NCBI GenBank assembly: GCA_964346475.1
Contig: CAYFUM010000002.1
Span: 23,094-87,093, forward strand
Reading direction: 5' to 3'
Length of the DNA: 64,000 nucleotides
Source: an uncultured Peptostreptococcaceae bacterium
Lineage (GTDB): Bacteria; Bacillota; Clostridia; Peptostreptococcales; Acidaminobacteraceae
Of this stretch, positions 36,358 through 44,600 are shown in pieces. A model generated the notes under the pieces. The model was given only the letters and a program-made list of their open reading frames with translations. It did not search any database and was not told where the DNA came from. The position numbers and the translations under genes were made by a program. Position 1 is the stretch's first letter. Each line of letters begins with the position of its first letter.

Positions 36358-36881
36358 TTAATCACTACCGGTATACCAGCCACAACCAGGGTAACCCTAT
36401 CCGCTCTTTTTGCAAGAAGCTGATGGAATCTGCCCATCATGTCTCTAAAAATCCTGGACAATCTATCCTCTGGCACCAAGCCCATTCCCAGTTCATTGGA
36501 AACAAGAAGTACGTCCCTATCCTGGCTTAAATCCAAAAAGCCTTCTATTTCTTGCCAGATTTTTTCTTCAAGCCTTTGAAAATCTTCATCACTATAATCT
36601 TCAAAATTCTCATCAAAGAGTAAGCCTGTTACCATCATGGTCAGACAATCCAGGAGAATAGCTGGTTCATTGCCAAGGTCCTGCCTGGTAAAGCCCCTAT
36701 ATTTCTCCAAGGTCCTCCAGGAGTCTTTTCTCCTTTTTTTATGTAGTTCTACCCTATGGGCCATCTCCTCATCTTCTATCTTTGCAGTGGCCAGATAGAC
36801 TACCTCAGGATAGCTCCCAGCTCTTTTTTCTGCGTAGCTGCTCTTGCCACTGCGTGCACCACCTAAAATTAACTCTAACAT
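36354..36881 (-). CDS. cobU: bifunctional adenosylcobinamide kinase / adenosylcobinamide-phosphate guanylyltransferase
   Basis: 175 aa with the P-loop ILGGARSGKSSYAE and CobU-like length. Confidence 0.85.
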   Translation of the reverse strand: MLELILGGARSGKSSYAEKRAGSYPEVVYLATAKIEDEEMAHRVELHKKRRKDSWRTLEKYRGFTRQDLGNEPAILLDCLTMMVTGLLFDENFEDYSDEDFQRLEEKIWQEIEGFLDLSQDRDVLLVSNELGMGLVPEDRLSRIFRDMMGRFHQLLAKRADRVTLVVAGIPVVIK

Positions 36882-36899
36882 TCATCTCCTCTATGGCTA

Positions 36900-37730
36900 T
36901 TAGCTATTTTTTTTCTGGTAATTATAAAAGACCTGATCTCCCCTCTTCTCATAGGACAAAAAGAGATAGTTATTCTTATGGACAAGTTTTTGTCTCTCCA
37001 CATCACCCTCAGGAATCCTAATGGTAATCGTGCCTTCATGGTTTGAAAAATACCAGCTTTCAAATTCTCTGATAAGATCCATCCCGTGCTGGACCACATC
37101 TGCAATTTGATGGAAGTGTATTTCACTGACCTCTATGCCACCCTGATCCTTTTCAATGAATTTGATCCAATTAAGTACATATTGGCCAAACCTTTCAATA
37201 AAGAGTTTTTCATCTTCTTTAAAGCTGTAGATATTCCTCTCTCTAAGAGCATCCATATCATGGTTACTAGCCAGGGAAAAAGAGGTGTCTCTCTTGTAAT
37301 TTTTGATATCACACCATTTAAGGTCCAGTTCCTGAATAAAAACATCTAGAAGGGAGGATAATTCTTTTACAAGATCCTTATGGACATTGGTGGCCATAAT
37401 AGATTGAATTTCATCAGAAGCACCCTTAACCTCTTCAAAGATTTGCCGACCCTTTTTCGATAAAAAGACATTGACCCTCCTCTTGTCTCTCTGGTCGGTC
37501 TTCCTAAGGATATAGCCAGTCTCTTCAAGTTTCTTCAAAGCCTTGGCTACAGTAGTCTTATCTATAAAGAGATCCCTTGATATATCATATTGGTTGGCTC
37601 CTTCATTCTCATTCAAGTAGAGAATGTAAGCGTATTGACCCCTGTTAAGAGAGCTCTCTGCCAGCTTGTCTTCAAAGATGGTCTCAATCATCCTAGCAAG
37701 CTGCTCAATGCCCGTAGCAATGTTGTTCAT
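36900..37730 (-). CDS. MarR-family transcriptional regulator fused to a ~135-aa C-terminal degenerate GNAT-like domain
   Basis: Residues 1-140 form a MarR wHTH (QYAYILYLNENEGANQYDISRDLFIDKTTVAKALKKLEETGYILR..DKRRVNVFLS). The C-terminal half has GNAT-like strand/helix spacing, but I cannot find the Q/R-x-x-G-x-G/A acetyl-CoA loop. It is 18 nt upstream of cobU. Confidence 0.7.
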   Translation of the reverse strand: MNNIATGIEQLARMIETIFEDKLAESSLNRGQYAYILYLNENEGANQYDISRDLFIDKTTVAKALKKLEETGYILRKTDQRDKRRVNVFLSKKGRQIFEEVKGASDEIQSIMATNVHKDLVKELSSLLDVFIQELDLKWCDIKNYKRDTSFSLASNHDMDALRERNIYSFKEDEKLFIERFGQYVLNWIKFIEKDQGGIEVSEIHFHQIADVVQHGMDLIREFESWYFSNHEGTITIRIPEGDVERQKLVHKNNYLFLSYEKRGDQVFYNYQKKNS

Positions 37731-37778
37731 AGTTTACCTTCCTATTGAAAATTAAAGTGAACTTTCTTCTATAATTTT

Positions 37779-37807
37779 ATTTTAGCTTAATTTCTCGCTG
37801 AATTCAA
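37779..37807 (-). promoter_or_regulatory. candidate promoter of the MarR-cob operon
   Basis: On the minus strand: TTGAAT (37807-02), a 17-nt spacer, then TAAAAT (37784-79), about 45 nt before the ATG at 37730. Confidence 0.5.
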
Positions 37808-37981
37808 GCATTAATGTTAAATCCAAGTTTCTAGAATATAAAATATACTTTTGGTAACAATAAAATATATGGAATATAGCCCAGGGCCTTAAGTCTAGAA
37901 AATAAGGTGGAATTAGGATTAAATTTATACTAATAAGACCTCTGAAGCTTAAGAGCATTAACTAGGAACTTAGCAAAGAAA

Positions 37982-38003
37982 AAAGGAGCCATAGCTCCCT
38001 TTT
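37982..38003 (-). terminator. intrinsic terminator after rny
   Basis: Minus-strand RNA is AAAAGGGAGC-UAUG-GCUCCUUUUU, a short GC stem with an A/U extension and U run, 5 nt after the rny stop. Confidence 0.5.
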
Positions 38004-38008
38004 CCTTC

Positions 38009-39559
38009 TTATTTGGCATAGGATACTGCCCGGGATTCTCTTATTATGTTGACCTTTACCTGTCCGGGATAATCCATCTCATCCTCAATGCGCTTGGCTA
38101 CATTTCTAGATAGAAGTACCATTTCATCATCGCTAATTTCATCGGGAACCACCATAATTCTGATTTCCCTACCTGCCTGGACGGCGTAGGCATGGTCTAC
38201 TCCTTCATAGGAATTTGCAATGGTTTCCAAGTTCTCTAGCCTTTTAATGTAGCTATCCAGGGCTTCTCTTCTAGCCCCAGGTCTAGCTGCACTTATGGCG
38301 TCTGCCGCCGTAACTATAACAGCTTCAACAGTTGTAGGCTCATAATCTCCATGGTGGGTACTCATGGCGTGGATTACTTCATCGGATTCACCATATTTTT
38401 TTAGAAGCTGCATACCAAGCTCTATATGGGTTCCTTCAACCTCAGTATCAATTGCCTTTCCTATATCGTGGAACAAACCAGCTCTTTTAGCAATTCTGAC
38501 ATTGGCACCCAATTCCTTGGCCAGCATTCCTGCAACCTTGGCAACCTCGATACTATGGACCAGGACATTCTGTCCGTAGCTAGTTCTAAATTGCAACCTA
38601 CCAATAAGTTTCACTAGTTCAGGATGTACTCTACCAAGCTCTAGTTCAAAGACTGCGTTTTTACCCTCTTCCTTCATCTTTTCTTCGATTTCGTTACGGG
38701 ATTTATTAACCATGTCCTCGATTCGAGTGGGATGAATTCTTCCATCGGCTATCAACTTTTCCAGGGCCATACGGGTAATTTCTCGTCTAACAGGATCAAA
38801 GCAGGAAATAATTACTGCCTCTGGAGTATCATCTATTATCAAGTCGACTCCTGTGGCCTTTTCCAAGGCCCTAATATTACGGCCTTCTCTTCCTATAATC
38901 CTGCCCTTCATTTCATCGTTGGGTAGTGTTACAGCACTGACGGTGTTTTCAGAGACATAGTCTGAAGATATCCTATGAAGGGTATTGGCAAGTATCTTCT
39001 GAGCTAACTTATTAGAATCCTCCTTGATTTCCTCTTCAATAGAACGGATACGAATTACCTTCTCCCTAGATAGTTGCTTATCCACCTCGTCTAAAAGGAT
39101 GGATTTGGCTTCTTCTCGAGACAGGGCAGCTATTTTCTCCAGTGCCTTATCCTGTTCGTTTTTTTGATTTTCAAGTTGCTTTTTTAAAACTGTCACTTTT
39201 TTCTCAAGATTTGACAGTTCTCTCTCTCGTTTTTCCTGATCTTTTTGCTTTAATTCTAGGCTTTCTTCTTTTTGCAAATTTCGGCGCTCTACTCTTTGTA
39301 TCTCGGAGCGTCGTTCTCTTGTTTCTTTTTCCAGATTAGATCGTAGATTGTGGATTTCCTCTTTGGCTTCGAAAAGGGCTTCTTTTTTAACTATTTCAGC
39401 ATTCTTTTTTGCTTCTAGGACAATATCGTTGGCCCTATCCTCTGCAGATCCAGTTTTTCTTTCACCAACTCTTTTTCTAAGTAGATATCCAAAAACAATA
39501 CCGAGTATTGCTAATACGATATAAATAAGGAATGTTTCCATGTTTGGAATAATAATCAC
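38009..39559 (-). CDS. rny: ribonuclease Y
   Basis: About 510 aa with an N-terminal TM helix, a coiled coil, a KH domain (GRIIGREGRNIRALE) and an HD domain (LFHDIGKAID). The start is ambiguous: GTG at 39559 abuts the SD, while ATG at 39541 (METFLIY) is 17 nt from it. Confidence 0.92.
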   Translation of the reverse strand: MIIIPNMETFLIYIVLAILGIVFGYLLRKRVGERKTGSAEDRANDIVLEAKKNAEIVKKEALFEAKEEIHNLRSNLEKETRERRSEIQRVERRNLQKEESLELKQKDQEKRERELSNLEKKVTVLKKQLENQKNEQDKALEKIAALSREEAKSILLDEVDKQLSREKVIRIRSIEEEIKEDSNKLAQKILANTLHRISSDYVSENTVSAVTLPNDEMKGRIIGREGRNIRALEKATGVDLIIDDTPEAVIISCFDPVRREITRMALEKLIADGRIHPTRIEDMVNKSRNEIEEKMKEEGKNAVFELELGRVHPELVKLIGRLQFRTSYGQNVLVHSIEVAKVAGMLAKELGANVRIAKRAGLFHDIGKAIDTEVEGTHIELGMQLLKKYGESDEVIHAMSTHHGDYEPTTVEAVIVTAADAISAARPGARREALDSYIKRLENLETIANSYEGVDHAYAVQAGREIRIMVVPDEISDDEMVLLSRNVAKRIEDEMDYPGQVKVNIIRESRAVSYAK

Positions 39560-39616
39560 CTCCTATATTTATCTAGCTTATTTATTATAGCATATATTCC
39601 ATTTTCTTGTCTGCCT

Positions 39617-39651
39617 ATAAAAATAATGAGATGGTTTTATGCCATCTCATT
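39617..39651 (-). terminator. intrinsic terminator of recA, built partly from its last codons
   Basis: Minus-strand RNA is AAUGAGAUGG-cauaaaa-CCAUCUCAUU followed by AUUUUUAU. The first arm encodes the C-terminal ..NEMA and the stop codon lies in the loop. Confidence 0.8.
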
Positions 39652-40647
39652 ATCAATTGTAGATATCTGATAAAATTCCCTTACTAATCTATCAATTTCC
39701 TCCAGGAGTTCGGGATCATCCAGAAGGAATTTCTTTACATTCTCACGTCCCTGACCCAACCTATCTTCACCATAGGAATACCAAGAACCAGATTTTTTTA
39801 CAATCTCAGCATCAACTGCAGCATCTAAAATACAGCCTTCACTGGATATTCCCTTGCCATACATTATATCAAATTCTGCGGTTTTAAAGGGTGGAGCCAC
39901 TTTATTTTTTACAACCCTAACCCTTGTCCTACTGCCTATCATTTCATCTCTTTCCTTGATAGTCTCAATCCTGCGCACATCAAGTCTTACAGAGGAATAA
40001 AACTTAAGGGCATTACCACCAGTTGTTGTCTCTGGATTACCAAATGTAATACCAATTTTCATTCTAAGCTGGTTGATAAAAATAATACTGGTACTACTCT
40101 TACTAACTATACTAGTTAGTTTTCTAAGTGCCTGGCTCATGAGTCTGGCTTGTAGACCCATATGGCTATCACCCATTTCACCTGTCATTTCAGCCTTGGG
40201 GACTAGAGCTGCTACGGAGTCAACAACAATAACATCTATTGCGTTACTTCGCACCAGAGCGTCGACTATTTCAAGGGCCTGTTCACCCGTATCGGGCTGG
40301 GACAATATCAGACCATCGGTATCTACACCAATATTTTTAGCGTAAACAGGGTCTAAAGCATGCTCTGCATCTATAAAAGCTGCTACACCGCCTAATTTTT
40401 GTGCCTCAGCAATCATATGGAGAGCTACAGTGGTTTTACCACTGGATTCTGGTCCATAAATCTCGATTATTCGTCCCCTTGGAATTCCACCTATACCTAG
40501 GGCTATATCCAGGGACAATGCACCCGTAGGAATTACTTTAATATCTCTAGCTGTGGGCTCATCCCCTAAGCGCATGATGGAGCCCTTACCAAACTGCCTT
40601 TCTATTTGAGAAAGGACATGATCTAAAGCCTTATCTTTTTCTGACAT
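39637..40647 (-). CDS. recA: recombinase RecA
   Basis: 336 aa with Walker [10 protein letters not shown] and the canonical RecA core. Confidence 0.98.
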   Translation of the reverse strand: MSEKDKALDHVLSQIERQFGKGSIMRLGDEPTARDIKVIPTGALSLDIALGIGGIPRGRIIEIYGPESSGKTTVALHMIAEAQKLGGVAAFIDAEHALDPVYAKNIGVDTDGLILSQPDTGEQALEIVDALVRSNAIDVIVVDSVAALVPKAEMTGEMGDSHMGLQARLMSQALRKLTSIVSKSSTSIIFINQLRMKIGITFGNPETTTGGNALKFYSSVRLDVRRIETIKERDEMIGSRTRVRVVKNKVAPPFKTAEFDIMYGKGISSEGCILDAAVDAEIVKKSGSWYSYGEDRLGQGRENVKKFLLDDPELLEEIDRLVREFYQISTIDNEMA

Positions 40648-40656
40648 ATTACCTCC

Positions 40657-40670
40657 CGAACATTAGTTCT
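40657..40670 (-). promoter_or_regulatory. LexA (DinR) SOS box upstream of recA
   Basis: The minus strand reads AGAACTAATGTTCG, which fits the Gram-positive Cheo box CGAAC-N4-GTTCG. It lies immediately upstream of the GGAGG RBS of recA. Confidence 0.7.
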
Positions 40671-40681
40671 GTAATTACATT

Positions 40682-41788
40682 CTATTCCATTACAGGCATT
40701 TTGGCAAGCACATTCCAAAGAGACGCCAAAGCAAAGATTATCATAGCCTGTCTTGCAGAATTTCTATTGCGACTTGGCACTTTTCTGTAGAAGGACTCCT
40801 CCCCCCAAGGTGATACTATATGGACATAGCATTTGCCTCTAAGAGCCTCGTCTTCATGTTCTGCATAGCCAGTGAGGCTTACTACTAGGTCAGTGCCGGT
40901 ATTAATCCGACAGGACCTAGCGAGTACCCTGCTGGTATGTTGGCTTACTGAGCTATAGGTATCTAAAAGTTCCCTGTTAATACCAAGAAGCCCAATCTTT
41001 GCCTCTTCCTGGTAGACTACATAGCCTCCAAAAACCACATCACTAGAACCCGACACACTGGTAAGAGCTTTTAATATGCCACCGCTGGTGGCTGATTCAG
41101 CGCAGGAGATGGTAAGTCTATTATCCTTGAGCTTGGTAAGGATGCTCTCTTCAAGATCCATCTTGCCTCTATAAAAGATATAATCCCTATAGAGGTTCTC
41201 AACCTTTTCGATTAAAGCTTCCAGCTGTCTTTCATCCCTTGAGAAGACCCTGAGGCTGACATAGCCAATAGATACGTAGGTCAGAAGATTAGAAGCTTCT
41301 TCACCGAAATTTTCTTTAAAACTTCGTTCCAGATCATATTCGCCTATTCCCATAAGGTGAAATATTCCTTCATAGAGCTGCTCTTTTTCTAAAATCTCAT
41401 CTATAACATTAAACATAGGGACATTTTCATTGGGTGGACCTGGTACTAGGATAAGGTATTTACCGTTTTTTTTCAATAAATAACCCTGGGCCGCACCATT
41501 ATGGTTGGGAATAATTTCCTCCTCAAAATCAGGAAACTGCCCTTTGGTCACACTATAGGTCATATCATCCTTTGTCTGGCCAAGTCCCCCGGTTATTACA
41601 AGGAGGTCCACCTCATCCATCATGTAGTTTAGAGCCCTCTGAAGAGCTTGGGGCTCATCGGGAGGATTGATTGAAAGGGCAACTTCAATTCCTCGGTGGA
41701 GGAAAAACTGTCCCAAGTTAGCTTTATTTTTATCTAGAATCCGACCCTGGAGAACTTCATCTCCAATTGTCATCACCCCTACTCTCAT
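40682..41788 (-). CDS. cinA: CinA-family competence/damage-inducible protein (MoCF-binding + PncC-like NMN deamidase domains)
   Basis: 368 aa with the N-terminus VGVMTIGDEVLQGRILDKN and ITGGLGQTKDD, and a C-terminal CAESATSGG block. The cinA-recA arrangement is classical. Confidence 0.85.
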   Translation of the reverse strand: MRVGVMTIGDEVLQGRILDKNKANLGQFFLHRGIEVALSINPPDEPQALQRALNYMMDEVDLLVITGGLGQTKDDMTYSVTKGQFPDFEEEIIPNHNGAAQGYLLKKNGKYLILVPGPPNENVPMFNVIDEILEKEQLYEGIFHLMGIGEYDLERSFKENFGEEASNLLTYVSIGYVSLRVFSRDERQLEALIEKVENLYRDYIFYRGKMDLEESILTKLKDNRLTISCAESATSGGILKALTSVSGSSDVVFGGYVVYQEEAKIGLLGINRELLDTYSSVSQHTSRVLARSCRINTGTDLVVSLTGYAEHEDEALRGKCYVHIVSPWGEESFYRKVPSRNRNSARQAMIIFALASLWNVLAKMPVME

Positions 41789-42312
41789 TCTCCTATCACC
41801 TCTTTATTTTTCCATATATAATCAACTGCTGATATAAGACTAATCAGAGCCATAAGGCCCACTAGCAAATCCACGGGTAGGTTCCTTTCTATCTTGAAAA
41901 CATACATTATATGAATAACAATTATGGTTGACATTTGTAACAAGGTTTTTAACTTGCCATAGATACTTGCAGCTATAACAAGATCCTTGGATGCGGCAAC
42001 CGCCCTAAATACAGATATAAGGATTTCACGAAGTGTGATTATAAGAAGTATCCCTGGAGAAATTGAGCCCTTATACATAAATACTGTAAAGGCAGTGATA
42101 GTTAAAAACTTATCTGCCAGCGGGTCCATTAACTTACCTAAAGAAGTAATCATAGAGTATTTCCTGGCTACATAGCCATCAAGAAAATCTGTAAAAGCTG
42201 CAAGGGAAAACAAAACCAGGGCTAAAGTATCATAGCCCGTGTATAGCGCAATATAATAGTATGCTGGAACACATAACATACGAAACATCGTAAGTTTATT
42301 TGCTAGATTCAT
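41785..42312 (-). CDS. pgsA: CDP-diacylglycerol--glycerol-3-phosphate 3-phosphatidyltransferase
   Basis: 175 aa with the CDP-alcohol phosphotransferase motif DFLDGYVARKYSMITSLGKLMDPLADK. Confidence 0.9.
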   Translation of the reverse strand: MNLANKLTMFRMLCVPAYYYIALYTGYDTLALVLFSLAAFTDFLDGYVARKYSMITSLGKLMDPLADKFLTITAFTVFMYKGSISPGILLIITLREILISVFRAVAASKDLVIAASIYGKLKTLLQMSTIIVIHIMYVFKIERNLPVDLLVGLMALISLISAVDYIWKNKEVIGE

Positions 42313-43594
42313 CTATCTCCCCTACCAAATCGTAATCTGAGTTGGAGATAATCCTAACCCTTATCATTTCTCCAAGCTCCACTCCACCTCCAGCCACATA
42401 GACTATACCATCGACCTCGGGAGAGTCAGCCTTTGTCCTGCCTATCCAAGAATCATTATACACCTCATCCACCAAGACTTCTAGGCTTCTTCCAACATAT
42501 TCAGACATTTTCTCCAGGGAGACAATTCTTTGGACTTCCATTATTTCATCATACCTCTGTCTTTTGACTTCTTCGGGTATTTTATCAGCCAGCCTAAAAC
42601 TAGCTATTTCATCTTCATCGGAGTAAACAAAGGCACCTAATTTATCAAAGCCTTGTTCTTGAACAAAATCCTTTAAAACCTGAAAATCTTCCTGGCTTTC
42701 TCCAGGAAAACCCACCATTACCGTACTTCTTAATACAATGTTGGGGATTATCTTTCTAGCTGTTTTTATGACACGCCTAAGGTCAGCCTGGCTGGTGTGT
42801 CTGTTCATCATTTTTAAAATCCTATCACTAGCATGCTGGATTGGCATATCTAAATAGGGCAATACCTTATTAAGCTCAGCAATCCTGAGAAAAAACTCCT
42901 CATCTAGGAGGTCTGGATAGACATATTGAAGCCTAATCCATTGAATTTTTTCAATGTCATTTAAAGCCTCAAGGAGTTCTAGTATTTCTATTTGTCCCCT
43001 ATCCTGGCCAAATCTACTTAAATCCTGGGCAATTAAGATAAGTTCTTTAACACCCCCATCAGCCAGCTCCTCAGCCTCTTTAACTAGATCTTCTATGGTC
43101 TTGCTCCTCATAGGACCTCTAAGCTTTGGTATTATGCAGTAACTACAATGGTTATCACAACCCTCAGAGATTTTCAGGTATTCATAGGGCTTACTTACCT
43201 CTTTATGGCTAAAGGAAGCCAGGGGAAAGTCTATCCTATCAAAGTAGGAACCCTTTTCACCAATGTACTTGTCAATTCTATGGCTATAGGAGGTTCCTAG
43301 GAAAAGATCAACTTCAGGCAGTTCCTTAATAAGGGATGCCTGGTATCTCTGGCTGAGGCAACCAGAAACTATGAGACTTTTACAAGAGGTCTTTTTATAG
43401 TCAGCTAGTTCCAAGATCGCCTCAATACCTTCTGAAACTGCTGCTTCTATAAATCCACAGGTATGAACAATTATATAGTCAGCTCCATGTGGACCAGATA
43501 AAGGTAGATATCCCTGATCTATAAGTAAGCTCTTCATGTTATTTACATCATCTGTGTTTTTTGCACATCCTAGTTCATGTATATAAAATTTCAT
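42296..43594 (-). CDS. rimO: ribosomal protein S12 methylthiotransferase
   Basis: 432 aa with the UPF0004 N-domain (LGCAKN), the radical-SAM motif CDNHCSYCIIP and a C-terminal TRAM domain. Confidence 0.9.
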   Translation of the reverse strand: MKFYIHELGCAKNTDDVNNMKSLLIDQGYLPLSGPHGADYIIVHTCGFIEAAVSEGIEAILELADYKKTSCKSLIVSGCLSQRYQASLIKELPEVDLFLGTSYSHRIDKYIGEKGSYFDRIDFPLASFSHKEVSKPYEYLKISEGCDNHCSYCIIPKLRGPMRSKTIEDLVKEAEELADGGVKELILIAQDLSRFGQDRGQIEILELLEALNDIEKIQWIRLQYVYPDLLDEEFFLRIAELNKVLPYLDMPIQHASDRILKMMNRHTSQADLRRVIKTARKIIPNIVLRSTVMVGFPGESQEDFQVLKDFVQEQGFDKLGAFVYSDEDEIASFRLADKIPEEVKRQRYDEIMEVQRIVSLEKMSEYVGRSLEVLVDEVYNDSWIGRTKADSPEVDGIVYVAGGGVELGEMIRVRIISNSDYDLVGEIDESSK

Positions 43595-44600
43595 TTATTC
43601 TTCTTCCTATTTCTTCAATACTCTCTATCTCATCAATGTTGAAATCTTCCACCACCCTATCCTGGCCTCTTTTAATACTATGACTATAAAGAGGGTCATA
43701 GTAATATAGAAGAAGAATCTCTATTGCCTTGGCCATGGATCCTTGTAGCAGGAGGCCTTCAAGCTCCTGGCATGTTTTTTTACCCAGCTGCTTTTTTAGC
43801 CTCCAAATATCCCTAATAAGCTCCTGGCGATTTTCTAACAGCTTAACAGAATATTCCTCTTCCAAGAGTTTAACCCGGCTGGACAAGCTAGCTTCTAATA
43901 AAACTACCGGGGAGTTTTGCATCTTTTTTTTAAGTTCCGTAGGTAGAAAGAGATTTCCAATTCTAGATGACTCAGCCTCCACCAGAATAGAATCCTTAGC
44001 ACTATAAATCCAGTTAAAAAGGTTGTTTTCAAATTGCTTTTGTGTAGGCTGCTTATCAAGACCAAGGCCTCCAAAAACCGACCCTCTATGAGAAGCCATC
44101 TCCTCTAAATCTAGGACTTCAAATTCACCTTTTAATTCATTTAAAATCCTGGTTTTACCTACTCCCGTCAAGCCCTGAAAGACTAGAAGCTTCCTTTTTT
44201 CGATTTCTATAGGTAGGTTTTCCAGAAGGAAATTTCTATAGCTCTTATATCCACCAATAAGTTTATGTAGACCGGAGTGGCTGGGAGCAAGAAGTCTATA
44301 TAGGGTATCTGACCTCATTCCTCCTCTAGAGCAATAGATAACAAGCTCACCAAGCTCTAATAAAGCTTCAATTTCTTGAACCAAACTACTAAGCTTGGGG
44401 AGAACATGGTCATAGCCAAGTTTTACAGCCTTATCTCTACCCTGATTCTTATAGGTATAGCCAATTAATTCTCTGGCTGTATCATCTAAGATTGGTAGAG
44501 AAGTGGCAAAAGGAATATGGGATAAGCCATATTCCTTTTCACTCCTTAAATCTACAAAAATATACTTGCCCTTTAGAGCTTCTTCTATTCCTAATTCCAT
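43575..44600 (-). CDS. mnmH: tRNA 2-selenouridine synthase
   Basis: 341 aa with an N-terminal rhodanese domain whose active-site loop is YCSRGGMRS, followed by the P-loop GLTGVGKT. This is the SelU/YbbB architecture. It overlaps rimO by 20 nt and ftsK by 10 nt. Confidence 0.8.
   Translation of the reverse strand: MELGIEEALKGKYIFVDLRSEKEYGLSHIPFATSLPILDDTARELIGYTYKNQGRDKAVKLGYDHVLPKLSSLVQEIEALLELGELVIYCSRGGMRSDTLYRLLAPSHSGLHKLIGGYKSYRNFLLENLPIEIEKRKLLVFQGLTGVGKTRILNELKGEFEVLDLEEMASHRGSVFGGLGLDKQPTQKQFENNLFNWIYSAKDSILVEAESSRIGNLFLPTELKKKMQNSPVVLLEASLSSRVKLLEEEYSVKLLENRQELIRDIWRLKKQLGKKTCQELEGLLLQGSMAKAIEILLLYYYDPLYSHSIKRGQDRVVEDFNIDEIESIEEIGRRINEILYT

Noticed and set aside
36875-37345. Two minus-strand ORFs (36875-37126 and 37133-37345) overlapping the MarR-fusion gene in other frames.
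   Set aside because: They are fully contained in the longer 276-aa ORF, which has a clear MarR domain and an RBS. The alternative frames have no motifs.
37826-37853. dif-like sequence AGTTTCTAGAATATAAAATATACTTTTG resembling the left arm and spacer of the B. subtilis dif site.
   Set aside because: Only one arm (about 9 of 11) and the spacer match. The conserved TTATGT-AAA right arm is absent in either orientation. It is more likely chance in AT-rich DNA or part of a regulator operator.
37782-37958. 58-codon minus-strand ORF in the rny / MarR intergenic region.
   Set aside because: It has no Shine-Dalgarno and an I/L/Y/F-rich composition driven by AT content. Its stop lies inside the predicted -10 of the downstream promoter. 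I mention it under the intergenic finding but do not call it a gene.
36882-38008. I looked for a cobalamin riboswitch (B12 box, GCCACUG-type core) upstream of cobU and upstream of the MarR-like gene.
   Set aside because: No B12-box-like sequence is visible by eye on either strand. The region is too AT-rich to form the GC-rich riboswitch core. A covariance-model scan should confirm this.
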